Shown here one piece after another: positions 40,415 to 55,300 of a DNA stretch of 64,000 nt. This DNA is from Octopus vulgaris (Eukaryota). The notes beneath the pieces are model-generated. The model saw only the letters and a program-made list of their open reading frames with translations. It searched no databases and had not been told where the DNA came from. Each line of letters begins with the position of its first letter. Positions within the stretch are counted from its first letter, which is position 1. Position numbers and translations under genes: made by a program. The stretch lies in NCBI GenBank assembly GCA_951406725.2, contig OX597814.1, forward strand, positions 50,778,001-50,842,000, in the 5' to 3' direction.

Positions 40415-40810
40415 AAGCATGGTTATGTGGTTAACATTTACTTATCAACCACTTGGTTTTGAGTTCAATCTTTGCATGGCACTTTGGGCAGATATCCTGT
40501 ACTGTAACCCCAGGCTAACCAAAGCCTTGTGAGTGGATTTGGTACATGGAAATTGAAAGAAGTCTCTCATGTGTGTGTGTGTCTCTTTTTCTTGACATAG
40601 CATGGTATTTGTTGTGGGAGAGTGTCACCATCAGTCAAGGAATATCATTGATTTCCAGTCTTTCATGAAAACATATCCAGCCAAGGGGAAAATATTACCT
40701 TACTTGAAAAACAGGTAAGGATTCACAGCAGGAATGGCATCTGACCTCAGCATATTTCCTCAGACACATGCAAACATTGAAAAATGGACATTAAAACAAT
40801 AATAATGATA
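40415..40810 (+). mobile_element. tRNA-head SINE with RTE-type tail; similar copy at 41825-42122
   Basis: Family A head plus tail as at 346-783. Confidence 0.65.
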
Positions 40811-43073
40811 TTATACATATATTCAATGCTTTGAATATACAGAAAAAGTTAGTGTCTGACACTCAGTGTCTTGATTCCCTTGCAGTGCTGAATTGATATA
40901 AAATTCCAAGTGTTAACATCTGATGCATGAAATTTTAATGGCTGAGATTTTTTTTCATAATCAAGGTACATATGGAATATGGTAAAAGCACCCTAATGAG
41001 TTATAGAATTAGAGTTTAACTTCAGTTTACTATCCATTGTGCAATCTTTAAGTGGTTCTCTCACCTTCCTGTTTAATTAACAATGCTTATAAATAAAAAA
41101 AAATAGTTTTTTTATAAAATTTCAAAAGAATACTAAACAAGTTATTTCTTGTCACCCTTTCTCTTTTTTTTTTACCTATAATAGTTTCCTGCTATAAAAC
41201 AGGAATAAGAAAGCCATGTTTACCAGAAGTTGTCTTATAGTATATTATTAGAAAATAGTTGGCATTCTCTATCCTGTTACATACTTATATATTACAATGT
41301 CCCAAACTAAAAGCATATCTTTTCTTGATATTGCTGTTTAGCCCTTGGTCATCTCTACTTGAGCAAACAATCTCCAACAGTCATAGACATTTTTGTCATA
41401 ATCATATTTTTTTTTTTGTTTTTACAGACACCATCTAAAGTGCACTTTTTTAAAGACTGTAGGATATTTGGCTATTATTTGTAGCAGATCAAATCAATTG
41501 CATATAAATTTTTTTTTGTACATAATTAAGGAATATGGTTGAATTATGACGAAAGCATCCTAATGAGTTATGGAATCAGAATTTAGTCTGTTTTGCATGG
41601 ATCTAAAGCTTGCTTTATAGTTTATGACCTTTGGGTTTATCTTAAGAATAAAAATTAAGTCAGACTTGGTTTACTGAAAATCTGCTTCTATACCTCAATG
41701 CTTTCTAGGAAAGTTTCCAAAATTATAAACTAAAAGAGGTTTATCAGAAATGAAGAAATTGTGTGAATTCTATGAATCCTTATTACAATCTCTGTTGTTT
41801 GCAAGGATACCAAGATGTATAGAACCATGGGCAAATGTCTTCTAATATAGCCCTGGGCTAAATGTATTTGTGTTTGAATGTGTGTATGTTTCTTATGTTG
41901 CCTTATCTTGACATTGCATGAGTTGTAAAATGGTTGTCACTGTCATACAAGCAATGTTATTCATTTCCAATATTCTGTGAAAATTAGCCATGGGCAAATT
42001 TTACTTTTCTTGGAAACAGGCAAGAATTAATGACTGACAGGTACCCAACCATAGAAAATCTGCCTCAAAAAATTCCATCCAACCCTTGCAAGCATGGAAA
42101 AGTGGCTGTTAGAATGATGATCATTACATGAACAGAAACTTATCGTTCTGGTTGACACATCCTTGATTAACGAGTTAAACATTTTAATTGTTGATCTTTA
42201 TTGGCCATTCTGATTGGAGGGTGATGACTTCAACGTAAGGTCAACAAAATGCAAAGTACACATACCTCACCCCTGATGTTTTAGAAGTATGAATTAGTTT
42301 GGGAATATAATTTACCATTTTCTCGTTTTTCTCATTTTGTATTTAATGTTTGAAAATATTTGCTGTGGAGAACAAAGTTGAAATTTCCTCAAATGAAAAA
42401 TAACCAGATGATAAACTGTTGGGTTTATTTTTGTATTCAATCTACACATATGTCATAACCTTATTTCATTACTACATGTTAGTTAATGTAAGAATAAGGA
42501 TGTCGTCTTAAACATTTTGTGTTGTTATTGTTAGTTTACCTCAAGTCTACCTTGATCACAGTGATATATGATCAAAGGCATTCCAGACATGACCATTTTG
42601 TGGTTTTTGTTTGGCCAGGACCACATTATCCAGTGTATTCTTCCTTTTGATTAAGATGGGAAGGTATGATCTGCAAGTCATCTACTATTTACAGTAGCTT
42701 AAAAGACCAGATAGTCTTCTTCCATTGTCTCTATTTTGTGTTCAATAGGAAGGTAAGTATATTTGTATTTTGTCAGATGTACAACATTGCACTATTAAAT
42801 GTGGCAATAATTTCTTAATACAAAAACTAAACATTTTCGTATTTCATATGGTTGATTAGAGTGGGCAGATGGTTTGATACATCACTGTGTCCAAAGTTAA
42901 GATATTTAACTGTATGGTGTCTCAGGCTTAGACTAATTAATTTTTTATAGGCTTTACTCTAAACTGTCATGTAATTTTTCATTATTGCATTCAACTAGAA
43001 GAATGAGCTCTACCTAGTTGTCTAACTATGTGGAAGTAAGGCCACCTTATGGGACTACCAATGTTAACTTTAA

Positions 43074-43853
43074 CCCTTTAGCAATCAGATTATTCTGTCA
43101 AATGCTTATTTATTTACATCATTTTGGATTAATCCTATATTATCTCATTGCTTTGAGATTTCAGTGATTTGATTGTGTATTTTTAGAATATCTTTTACTT
43201 GTTTCAAGTCATTTGATTGCAGCCATGCTGGGGTGCTGCCTTGAAGGGTTTTAGTTGAACAAATCAACCCTAGGACTTGTTTTTTTAGGTCTAGTACCTA
43301 ACCTCTCAGTATCATTTTCTGAATCACTAAGTTACAGAGACATAAATACACCAACCCCAGTTGTCAAGCAGTGGTGGGGGAGGGGGACAAACGCACACAT
43401 ATATATTTGTACACAGCAGGCTTCTTTCAGTTTCCGTCTATCAAATCCACTCAAGGTTTTGGTTGGCTCTAGGCTATAGTAGAAGACACTTGCCCGAAGT
43501 GCCACACAGTGGGGCAGAATCATGTGGTTGGGAAGCAAGTTTCTTACCACACAGCCACACCAAGGCCAGATTTTATTTCTTTATTGCCCACAAGGGGCTA
43601 AACATAGAGCTGACAAACAAGGACAGATAAAGGGATTAAGTCGATTACATCGACCCCAGTGCTTAACTGGTACTTAATTTATCGACCCCAAAAGGATGAA
43701 AGGCAAAGTCGACCTTGGCGAAATTTGATCTCAGAACATAGCGGCAGACGGAATACCGCTAAGCATTTCACCCGGCATGCTAATGTTTCTGCCACCTTGC
43801 CACCTTAGATCTTGCTGGTCTGAACATAAAGCCAAAATACGGCCAGTTTAGGG
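43074..43853. mobile_element. piggyBac-type MITE with two nested SINEs
   Basis: TTAA|CCCTTTAG ... TTTAGGG|TTAA; contains SINE A (43190-43562, -) and a Meta SINE (43570-43806, -). Confidence 0.55.
43570..43806 (-). mobile_element. tRNA-derived SINE family B with Meta/MESC core
   Basis: Reverse complement of ctttgcctttcatcc...ggggtcgataaattaagtaccag. Confidence 0.85.
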
Positions 43854-46399
43854 TTAAGAGAAAATTAAAATTATAACAGTGAAAAAGATTGACAAACACT
43901 TGTACAGAAACATGGAGATCTTGTAATAAGAAAGCTAAAAAGAAATTAAGCTTTTAGTGAACATTCTAATTCTGAAAGAATAAATGAATAAAATATTCAT
44001 AATGTAAAGTCAGTTAGGTCTGGTGGAAAAGAATAGATTATATAAAAAAAAGATGAGATGACTGCATTTATCTCCTGGCATCCAGCTATGATTTGATCTT
44101 GCAGCTATTTGTTAAATATGCATTACTATTTAGTTTGGACTCTGACAATATGTAACTACTTAGGAAAATTGTGTCTGTATTACATACTAAATTTATAATA
44201 TCTCAATAATGAGCTAAAACTCATATTCCCATAATTATCTAATAAATCTTCCCATATTTTGATAAGACAATCAGATTAATCAAACAAAAAGATTATTTCC
44301 TTAGATACAGAAATGTTGCTTTTTTTTATAAATATTAAACAATTGATTTTATAGAAAATCGTTCTTGTGTTACCCAAATTTCTCAAATTTTCTTTTCTAA
44401 TGTTGAGAATTTGTAGGTAAATCCAATTTAATCTTTTGATCAAACTATTTTAACATGAGTGTATGTTTCATCTTAATTCAGCTGGTTATTATAATAGGAA
44501 GGAGTATATTTGTTGCTTTTCTGCTTGAGGTAAAAGACAGCCTTTCTTGATCTGTTATAGGACCTGTTGTTGTTGGAATGGATGGCAAAGATTCTGGACT
44601 TGTAAATATGCTGAATAACTGATGGCTTGTACACTGCATACAAGAGATAATTAGAAATAAATTAATTAGTACCACTACCATTCCATCACTGATTAAACAC
44701 GTATTATGCAGTAACGAAGACTGTAGTTTGAGCTGATCTATGGGAATAAAGTCCCTTATGATGTTTTAAGATGAAAAGAATTAATAGAAAACATCACAGA
44801 TTAACAACATCAATTTGTAATAATGACAATATTTTATAAGTCTAGAAAGATGATACGAATAATATAATTTTGCATTCCTGTTATACTTTATTCTAGATAA
44901 TAGCTAAGTAGCAGTGAAATCATAAAGTGAACAAGTTGTTGGACTAGTAATTCTTAGGCCTTAATTTCAAATCCACTACAAGCATCTCATTGTAAATATG
45001 GACAATATTTCCATCTATTCATCTCATATCTCTTTGTTATAGGGAATATTTAGCAGATTTTGGAAGAGTATTGTTATCTCTAATAAATTAGTACTTTATT
45101 CAAAAGAAGATTTGTGTCATTCTACTCAACACTTTCAAAATGACTAAACACTAAACCATAGGAGTAAATTGCATTTTCATTTATTCCATTTTACAAATAT
45201 TGGTCAAGGTGTTTGTATAATTGATTTTTAACATAAGCACAATGTTTCAAATATAGGGGATGGTTGTAGCTGATTAGATTAACCCTAGTACTTGACTGGT
45301 CTTTCATATTTCACAGCCTCCAACAGAATGACCAGATAGTTGAGTGTCTATGGACACAATACTGCAACAGCCACAATATGCTTGCTTGGTCAGTTGTCCA
45401 GTACACTATCAACTTCACTATTTGTTCATTTAACTGTATACAATACAAAAATAAGATTATTTAAATATTGTAATCCATCAATGGATTGCTTGGATTTATG
45501 TAGTCAAATTTAATACACAAAAATGTATGCAGTCAATTCTGATGAATAAGAACAAATGGTATGATTATATATTAACGTATATACCTGTGGTAGACATACT
45601 GAACTGATCTTCCTGTTCCTGACTAGATTTTTAAGAATATAAAATATTGTTTAAGGATATAATTCTATCCTTAAATACTTTAAAATGTTTTAGTCCGAAG
45701 GCCACGGCCATGCTGGAGCACCACCGCTATAAATCCTTAAATCCTTAAAAATGTTTTAGCCCGAAGGCTGTGGCCATGCTGGGGTACCACCGCTATGTTT
45801 AACTATTTTAAACAGTTTATATATTTATTCCAAGCGTAACTAAATAAGAGCATTATCAAATCTTTGTAATGTAATATTTGCTATTATAATTTTGTGGTTG
45901 CTATGAAGTTACCAGTGTTTGTAGGATATGTAATTGGTTTATCTTTGTGTTTTACCTAAGTAGTGAGGATTATGATGTTAATATGTTTTCTTAATTTTTG
46001 TTTGGATTTTTTCTTTTTTGTTAACATTTTATCATGACTGAACAAAGTATGTATACTGGGCCTGATGAGTAACAGATAGGTGTGAGAGAAGACAAATGAA
46101 CAAGCATGTCTGGAAGATGTGTCACTAAATTTATTGTAACACTAAGATTGTTGTATCATTACAATTTTGTTTTTGCTATTATAACTGTTATTGTGGAAAT
46201 GCTGGGTATTCTGAATAAGGTGTTTCTGTGTCATGATGGGCTCATTGTCTCATGCTTGTTTGTATGAAGAGCTTATTCTCTCAAGTGCTTACATGTAATG
46301 ATGTACACATACTTTAAATATTTGTATAATAATAATGGGAACAATTTCATAGATGTTTGTATGTGTGACGGGCACAATATTTCAGATTTTTTAGGCGTA

Positions 46400-46600
46400 C
46401 ATAAATGAATGGTGCTTTTGTACATTACTTCATGAGGTCTCCAGCACTTCAGAGCTAAAGAATTTTCAGGCTGTGGAAAGGAAACGTCACTCAATACATT
46501 GACAGATACATTGGTGTATTTATTTGTTGTGTCTTACCAATCAATACCTATTCACAAGATTGCCAATGAATTCTTAATAACTTCACATCTACTTGCTGAA
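46400..46600 (-). mobile_element. Possible highly decayed Penelope GIY-YIG endonuclease remnant
   Basis: Minus strand gives RIHWQSCE*VLIGKTQQ followed by NSLALKCWRPH, resembling PLE 'YKIPCxxCxxxYIGET...SALAEH'. Confidence 0.3.
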
Positions 46601-47044
46601 GTATATTTTGCAAATTTTAGTCATTCAAGATAGCTATCTGTCTTCTGCCCAATTTTTAAGTCAGTGTGTTCCTTAAAACCCACCCAAATCCTTCATTGTA
46701 AGAAGTGCAACAATCGTCAACTGTCCTTTGATCTGAGAATGGTTGTCCACCAAATTTTAAAATAGAAGGCATGTAGTGGGGGGAGGAGGCATTCACGTGC
46801 TGCTTTGCTTTGTATTGCCACACAATCTTGACAGAGAGATTGCTTAGTCCAATAGGAAGAAGTTCAAGACAATTGGAAGTAGTAGACTATTGCAACCATC
46901 ATCCAATATCACAACTATTGAAGGTATGTGATCCAACTCTGTGTATCTTTTCAGAGTAAGAACTTCAACATAACCCTGGCATTGGAAACAAGAAAGTTTA
47001 TCACTGCCTGAGGTACAGACTTGAGTCTCCAGAAGGAAGGCATG

Positions 47045-47272
47045 GGCTGGCAGAAATGATAGTACACCAGGCGAAATACTTAGCGTTATTTCGTTTGCCG
47101 TTACGTTCTGAGTTCAAATTCCGCTGAGGTCAACTTTTCCTTTCATCCTTTCGGGGTCGATAAATTAAGTACCAGTTACGCACTGGGGTTGATGTAATCG
47201 ACTTAATCCCTTTGTCTGTCCTTGTTTGTCCCCCACTGTGTTTAGCCCCTTGTGGGCAATAAGGAAATAAGA
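47045..47272 (+). mobile_element. SINE family B (Meta/MESC core)
   Basis: gctggcagaa A-box region; gagttcaaattcc B-box; ctttcatcctttcggggtcgataaattaagtaccag core. Confidence 0.9.
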
Positions 47273-47920
47273 AGAAAAGCATGATTTCATGTTGCTTTTA
47301 CAGATTGAATTTGAAGAGTGTTCTGCACCATATCCAAAGCTGCAGTAATATAGCAGTATATAAATAGTTGATTTAAGGCTGGATTCCTGGAGTCCTACAT
47401 TCTCCTGCCTCTTGGTTATGACTTTTCTTAGCATCGTTTTGTAGTGTCTACCTGTAATCGGTTTACATATTCAGTACTAGAGAGAGAACACTTAAGTAAT
47501 AGATAAATCAGTTCATATTTAAGGTTAGATTTGTTTGTCGACTTTATATTATCAAGTTACCCATTCCACTTACAAATAAAAGCTTTGTTTAGGACAGTTT
47601 GATGTTTAAAACTCGATTGCATGATGTATAATGTAAATTGTTCTTCAAAAAGAAAGGTAATAACAGGTGTAAACTTACTAGTACAGTATATTGAGGTCGT
47701 TATCAATTGAATACACATTTTTATGTTTACAAATAAAAGTGTACAGATACAGATATGTCTGAGTATATATATAGTTATGGATATGTGTAAAAGTTGTATG
47801 TGTAAATGCATAAATGTATGCATATATATGGGTAGTTATAAATGTAACTATTGGTACCAGTGGGAGGTATCTATTGGTACCAGTATAAGGGGTGGAAGAC
47901 AAGTATTTTTTTTAAAATAA

Positions 47921-47987
<67 letters not shown>

Positions 47988-48922
47988 CACATGCAGATCC
48001 AGAGCTGTATTTTTGTTTCAGTTTAAATTTTTTTTTTTTCATTTTGCCTACTCATATAATTCTTTGGTAAAGCTGTTTTTTCTATAGCAGTGAGTGCTGT
48101 ACCATGAAGCAGAAATTTGTATATTTATCTTAGCACTACCCAGGTTGTCAACGAAGGCTCAGAAGCACTCTGTGCCCTAGCCAACAAATATATATGTAGC
48201 TACTTGATTTCAGTGTAGATACTGTTTCTTGTAAAGCTGCCTCCACCATAGCTTAGTACACAGTTAGAACTCCAAAAGACATATGGGCAACTATGTTGTT
48301 GTCATTTAATATTAATTTAAGAACAAAGATGCCAACTTGACATTTAAAATCTCATCAGTTAAACAAGAGAAACAATTATCCAAGATATTCCAAAGAAAAT
48401 AGTTTAAATCCCATTCAATTCATATCTATAATTTATATAATAGAAAGGATTAATGTTTACCAAATTAAATCTGCAAGGAATTGATTGAACGTATATCTCA
48501 CTTGCTCCCTATGTTTCATTATTCCACTGGTTCTGTTCCTACACTCTTCCTAAATTACTACACTTAAATATATTCATGCTAAATAGGATTGCCACATCTT
48601 TGCAATAAAAACACGCACACACACTATTACCTTATTTCACTTTCAGTGACATTGATATTCCTACCTAGTTATTTACACACAAACATACACACACACACAC
48701 ACACATAATTCTGTTAGTTTTCCACTCCTGTAATATATTAATGGAATATTATGCTCATCTAATTCTATTTTGGTTTTTAATTCATCCCTTGAGATCTGCT
48801 TAACTCCACTAAGAAGTCTAGGTTACTGAAATTAAAAAAAAATGTTTGTTAAATATATAATTGATAATATGTGAAAAAAAAAAGTGTGTTCATAGCATGT
48901 GTGTGTATGTGTTTGTGTATGA

Positions 48923-48965
<43 letters not shown>

Positions 48966-50084
48966 TGCATACATACTTGCTAGTGTGTGTGTGTGTGTGT
49001 GCGCACTGCATATTATTCATTTAGTTCTAGAATTTTTGACAGGCAGAGGGAGATGAGGGGACATTTAGACTATACTATTGGGAAATTGGAATATGTTTGC
49101 TTATCTCCAGAGTGTTACATTTGTTCCAGCTTTTATCTGTTCTGCCAAATCCTATAGTATTGGGATACTTTCTCTTAACAGCTATGCTTAAACTGGGAAT
49201 TAATGATATCACTGTAACCATATGTGGATACGAATATACTTCAGTGATATCATTTTAGCTATGCGAATAGAATTTTAGAAAAGCAATACGGATATCATGT
49301 ATGATTTTGAAATGCCTTTCAGAGAAATCACTTAATCCTGAATGTAGATCTTTTTAAATATGCTTAGTGATATCACTATAGATATACATTTATATATATA
49401 ATTGTTCTTTTTGTATCATGGTAATATCACAAGGCCCAGAATTAATTTTTGTCATGCTTGATTTAATTTCCCTTTTATCGGCTGCAAGACAGGGTTTTTT
49501 TTTTTGTTTTTTGTTTTATTGCTAATAGCAAAATTGCTGTGAATTGTGCTAGACTTGTTGTAAGGGTCTGACTGTCTACAACTTCCATTTTAAGCTACTT
49601 GGATTCTTTCATATACTTTCCAGTATGTTTTTGAAGGATTATATTGAACTTGCAAGGATTATATGTAGGAGCACTGACATTTTGCTGAAGCTCTGCTCAA
49701 CAGAGCTTCAAATCCTACTATTTAAAGCTTTCGTATGCTTCATATTTTTAAACTTAGTAGAGATCATTTTTGGACAACAGTAGAGAGAGAGAGAATCGAG
49801 GGGAGTATGTGTATGTAAAATAGTGTGGACTGGTTTGATAATTTAGTTTTGATAGATCAATAACTTTCAGTTCCTCAGAAATTCCAGAACTTCATTTATA
49901 TGATAGCCTTTTTTTGTTATGGCATAGATGCTTTTATTTCACTTTCATCATTCCTCTTATGTCATCCTCACTATTTTATAATAAAAACAATTAGCCACTG
50001 TATTGCATGGTGTGGTTCATGTTGTACATGTGTAAGGGATATAAAAATGACTTGAAAAAATTTCAAATATAGATATTAACCTAT

Positions 50085-50313
50085 TTTTTTACTACCCACA
50101 AGGGGCTAAATGCAGAGAGGACAAACAAGGATAGACGAACGGATTAAGTCGATTATATCGACCCCAGTGTGTAACTGGTACTTATTTAATCGACCCCGAA
50201 AGGATGAAAGGCAAAGTCAACCTCGGCGGAATTTGAACTCAGAACGTGACGGCAGACGAAATACCGCAAAGCATTTCGCCCAGCATGCTAACAGTTCTGC
50301 CAGCTCGCCGCCT
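50085..50313 (-). mobile_element. SINE family B (Meta/MESC core), full length
   Basis: Reverse complement of 47045-47272; atatagatattaacc is duplicated on both flanks (50068-50081 and 50320-50334), a probable TSD. Confidence 0.9.
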
Positions 50314-51930
50314 TAGATAAATATAGATATTAACCACCATTAAAGCGACTTGAATGATAAAGTGATTACATCGTGGGAATTATACCAATTAGTATCAGTC
50401 TTAATTAATCAACCAGTGGGTTGAAAATCTCAAGATGGTGGGATTTTTTTTGTGTGCTTTTAGTATTGGTTCACTTGATGTGTGTGTGTGTGTGTGTGTG
50501 TGTGGAAACTTTATGACTAGCAACTAAAAAGGGGGAAATATTGCTATCTGAGCTAATGAAAATGGCTACAGGTTCCTTACAACATTGTTCTTTTGTTAAT
50601 TTAGAACATGTACCTCAAGGAATTTGTTTCATCACACTTGCACCTGTTGAGTGGATTTGAAATTTTAAGACAGTTTGTAGATTTGTGTGAAAGTCACTTT
50701 CACATATTTTCAACTAGATTGACTAAGACGATTGAACTGAGGAACATTTTATCTGGGAATATAATTCTATGTCAACTATTGGTTGACAAAAAGACTGTGC
50801 AGCAGGTTCGTCCTATGTCTGTATTTATGTTTATGTGTTTGACATTTCTTTTAAAAAAGAAAGAAAAAAAACACCATTGTGACAAACAGATATGACATAT
50901 CTATACCAGACTGGAATTAAGGACTAACTAGTGTGTTAATGTGATCAACTAAAATCCTCCAAACTGGTGCTCCATAATGGCCCTTAACTGAAAACAATAA
51001 AAGGTTAAATTTAGAGCTTGAATTATAACCTTACAAAATATTCAATACTAGTTTCATAATAAGAACAAAGTGTAATACATTTTATAATGGCAATAAAAAT
51101 AATGTATTTTAGATCCACACTTTGTTTCTGACTTGTCTCATCTCAACTGGTTATACACACTATTTTAATGCAAGCTTGTTAGGATATCTGAAAAACCAAA
51201 AAGCAGTGAAACTACAGAAAGACCCGCAAGAAAGTGTTCTTTGCTTAGTGGTACAACACTAATACTTTAGTAGGAACTAAAACTATGATAATGCAGCTCA
51301 TTAGACCAACAATTAATCTTAAAGTGATTGAGCCTTCTTTATATATATATCCTATATTTGTAGGAAAACATAAATCCGGAGGAGAAGCACACTCTAAGAT
51401 GTAGAGCAGTTAATATTATAGTAGGGTAGTCCGGTTTATGGAGTTACCCTGGGTTTCTCGCTCAGAAGGGGTTTAACCTTATATAAAATATAGTAGCTGA
51501 TGAGTGTTGTTGAAGCAAAGCTCATCGTTCTCTTCACAAAATATTAGATATCTCCTAACAGCTTACCTGACTTTAATTAACTTCTTAATTTTTCTTTTTA
51601 ACTTAGTCAGGAGTAAGGAATGATCTCTCATTTCTTCTCCCATGCAGAGCTGAGACTTTGTATCCAATCAGGATGAGAATTCACCATCACAGCAATATCA
51701 TGAAGCTGAAAGAATCTTTGGATCAAATCTGAAAAAAATTTTACTAGTTTGAATTGTGCCCTATATCAGGACAAGTGTCTTTGTCAAATTTTCCTTCACC
51801 ACTTTGCTCTTAGTGACCTGCTCTGACTGTTATTTCTTGCTGTGATCTATCCAACAGCCCTACCTAGATTATACCCATGAGCTCTAAGCAATGTGTTTCT
51901 TGTCTTAAAAGACCCTCTCTCCTCCCCCTC

Positions 51931-52004
<74 letters not shown>

Positions 52005-52211
52005 CTATTTGGTTTCAAACTACTTGGCCTATATAGTTGCTTCTAACTTCTCTGAATATCCCCCCAGGAATATTCAGGGGGTATAATGTGAAAGCCATGA
52101 CTAATTCTCACTTGATATAGAATTTAATAAACTTCAGATTATTTTAAAAAGGGAAAAAGAGGAAGAAATTAAATAAATAAAAACTCCCTTGAACATATAT
52201 ATCTATTGTAT

Positions 52212-52381
52212 GTTTATGTGTGTGTGTGTATGCGTGTAAGCGCACACATCTATACACATACATAGTGTGTTTGTTCTTGTGTATTGTTTGTCATACGTTT
52301 ATGTGTGTGTGTGTATGCGTGTAAGCGCACACATCTATACACATACATAGTGTGTTTGTTCTTGTGTATTGTTTGTCATAC
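52212..52381. repeat. Tandem duplication of an ~85-bp unit
   Basis: gtttatgtgtg...gtattgtttgtcatac occurs twice in direct orientation. Confidence 0.9.
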
Positions 52382-55300
52382 ATACATTTACGTTTACTTT
52401 CTCTTTACTTTATGCATACTGCATATTGTTGGGGGAAATATTGGTGATGATAAGGACTGTACATACTCGTTTGTGGGTGTATATACGTGTGTGTGTGTGT
52501 GTGTGAATTCAATTGGCCTATGTTCCTAAGTCAGTCACCTCCCCTCCATCTCTTATTTTTCTCTGTGTTCTCACTCTTTCCTTTCTCCACCTCTCTTTCA
52601 TTTGCAATGATATAGCTTTTACATTGCAAAAACTGTTTCATTTCCTTGAAGGCCCTTGAGAAAATAAGACTTAATATTTCTCAAATGAACAACAATTATA
52701 TTTACCACCATATCAAACATCTTTCCCCTTACCCTCCACACAGATGGAAAAAAAAAAATATTAGTCAATTTCTTGTACTGTTTAACAAATCAAAATAATA
52801 ATTTTTAAAAAATAGAACAAAAGCACATTATTAGAGGAAAATGTAAAACCCAATACTAGTCTTTTTCATTTTGTTTTGTTTGTAACAACATTCAAATCTA
52901 GAAAAGAGTAATGTAATACTGGGAAGTGTGATGTTTAATTTCAGTTTTGTTTTCAGATAATAGTTTGCCTAACAAGTTTTGTGTGTAGAAAAATAAATGT
53001 ATATTTGTGTGTATCTGTCGGGGAAGGGGGTATAATTTCTCCAGTTGAATCAGAGAATAATATTAATGGAAGAATATTTGCTATTTATCAATTAAGGTGT
53101 TTCAAGCAATTAGTGTCTTTTGTCTTAGTTGCAAATATTTGTTTCAATGTATTTTCTGATGTTTCTTCTTTAACAAGAAAAATATCTGACCTCAAAGTGT
53201 CATGTTATTATTATTGAACATGAAAAAAAAAAAGTAAAATAACCAAATTTGATAAAATCACAATGACAATCTCTACTACTACTTTACTGTACATTCAAGT
53301 TTGCTGGCGGTATTTCTTTATTTTGTCTTGTTTTTGTTTTCTTTAAATATCGCAGTTTTCAACATTATTCTTTCATTATCTAATATACTTTGATAAATGT
53401 TATAATACTTCATTTGTATTAAAAATAACAAGAGAAGCCGAGACCAAAAACCATGAGGGATTAACATATATTAGCTTTGGTAATCAAAAATTTAAACAAT
53501 ATACAACAATGTTTATCTCCTATATTTTTGAAAACCATTGCATCATATTTTCAGTTATTGCTTTAATATGATAATGTTCAGAGAATTTCAAATCAGGTTC
53601 CAAAAAATCATGTAAAATCTGAAGTAAAAACTGCTAGTATTATAAAATATTAAGTCTCTTTGGAAAATAAGTTTGTGCTTGATATGACCTTTTATTCACA
53701 TTATTTCTTCATGTTTGCTTCATTTGTAAAACAATACATCTTGACAGTGATTTATAGTTTGTCTGGCAATGCTGCCAAACCATTTAGATTGTCTGCTACC
53801 ATTAAAATTTAAACTGGTTATATTTTACTTCATTATCAATTTGTTGTCATCACTACATGTTTACTTGATTGTATTAGACTATATCCTACACAGTCCCATA
53901 ATATGGAAAGAGTTTTTGGTTAGTATAACAGCAAAATACAAAAAAACTTTAAGTCAGTCTGCCCACAAACCAGTTTCAGTTCTTAGTTTTAGCAATTTTT
54001 CTTACAATTTCAATATTCTTGCGGAAGACAGGAACTTTACAACATTCCATTTTTATAATTCAATTTAATATCTTATGCTTATATATTAAATCATATTATG
54101 AAACTCAGTTTATGCTATTCTATGGGAAAATTCCTTAGCAAGATACTGAGAAATATTTTAGCAAAATAGTCCAAAATTCTTACGCATGGTTTACCAAGTA
54201 TGTAACATTTCTAAGATTTTCTTTGTTTAAGTTTTATATATTTTACTATACTCTTCATAAGTTACCAGTTTTCTTTTTATTAGTTAGTCAAAGGAGCAAC
54301 CCCATGGCCATCCTAACTCCTCCTCCTCACCCCAATACCACTCATACAGAGTTAATGTTCAGTTTGAACAACTGTAAGATGATGGTTGAAGCGGGGAAAT
54401 GTTCAGAGATAGAGTATTGGTGAGTTACAGATCAAAAGAAAAATGGATCAGGAAAGTGTCTTGTGCAGAATCCAAGGGGTGATAGACAGACAGGAGTGGT
54501 AAGAGGCAGAAGACAGGTGTGTCAAGAAATATGCTATCAATTAGTTAAAGCACCAGAGGCTATTCTAACTGTAGTAGAAGAGGCAATGACAGGAAAGTAT
54601 TGTACATCTGTGAGCTGGTGGCTGTAGTGTTAGGGTCAGATTGTCTTCCTTTAGATACCAACTATGTTATATATGTGTGTTTAGCAGAAATATAGTTTCA
54701 TACATGTGCATGTTACACTATTGTGGTCATAGTCGAGCCTTGTTGATGGTCAGCAATTGATCAGGTCTGGAGTATTTTCTGACCTGAAAGAAGTATCCTA
54801 GTCCATGATGCGGTTTAGTTAATATTACATGCATATTACTATGAAAGATCATCAGAGCTTTTGAGACCTAGTAATTGTAGCAATTTTAAGAGGGCCTTGA
54901 CTAAAGAGGGTGAAATAAAAAGAGTTGGATAGATTTTTGTACATAGAAATATTTACATTAATTGAAGAAACAGATGTTTCACAGTTTGATGCTTTCCTTT
55001 ATTCAAACTTCTCCACCATGGGGCGGAAGTCATGTAATATTTTATGATAGATAAACTGCGGTGTAAAAGGGTGTATTTGTTTTTTTCTTTCTTTGCTTAT
55101 TCAATCTCAGATATAGCTTCTTGATGCCTTACACCATTCCTCATCTTCTTATATCATTCCTTATTTCTCATCTTATATGCAAGCTCCAAAAAGTTTAATA
55201 GAAGAAAATTAAAAGTTATAACATTTGTGACTTAAAAGAGCACAAGAACATAATCTTAAACGTTCAGTTACCATTCTTCCAAATAAACTCATCATCTTGT

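Noticed and set aside
46064-46075. Isolated CTGATGAG boxes (also near 51498)
   Set aside because: No suitably placed GAAA box or pairing stems, so they are not called as hammerheads
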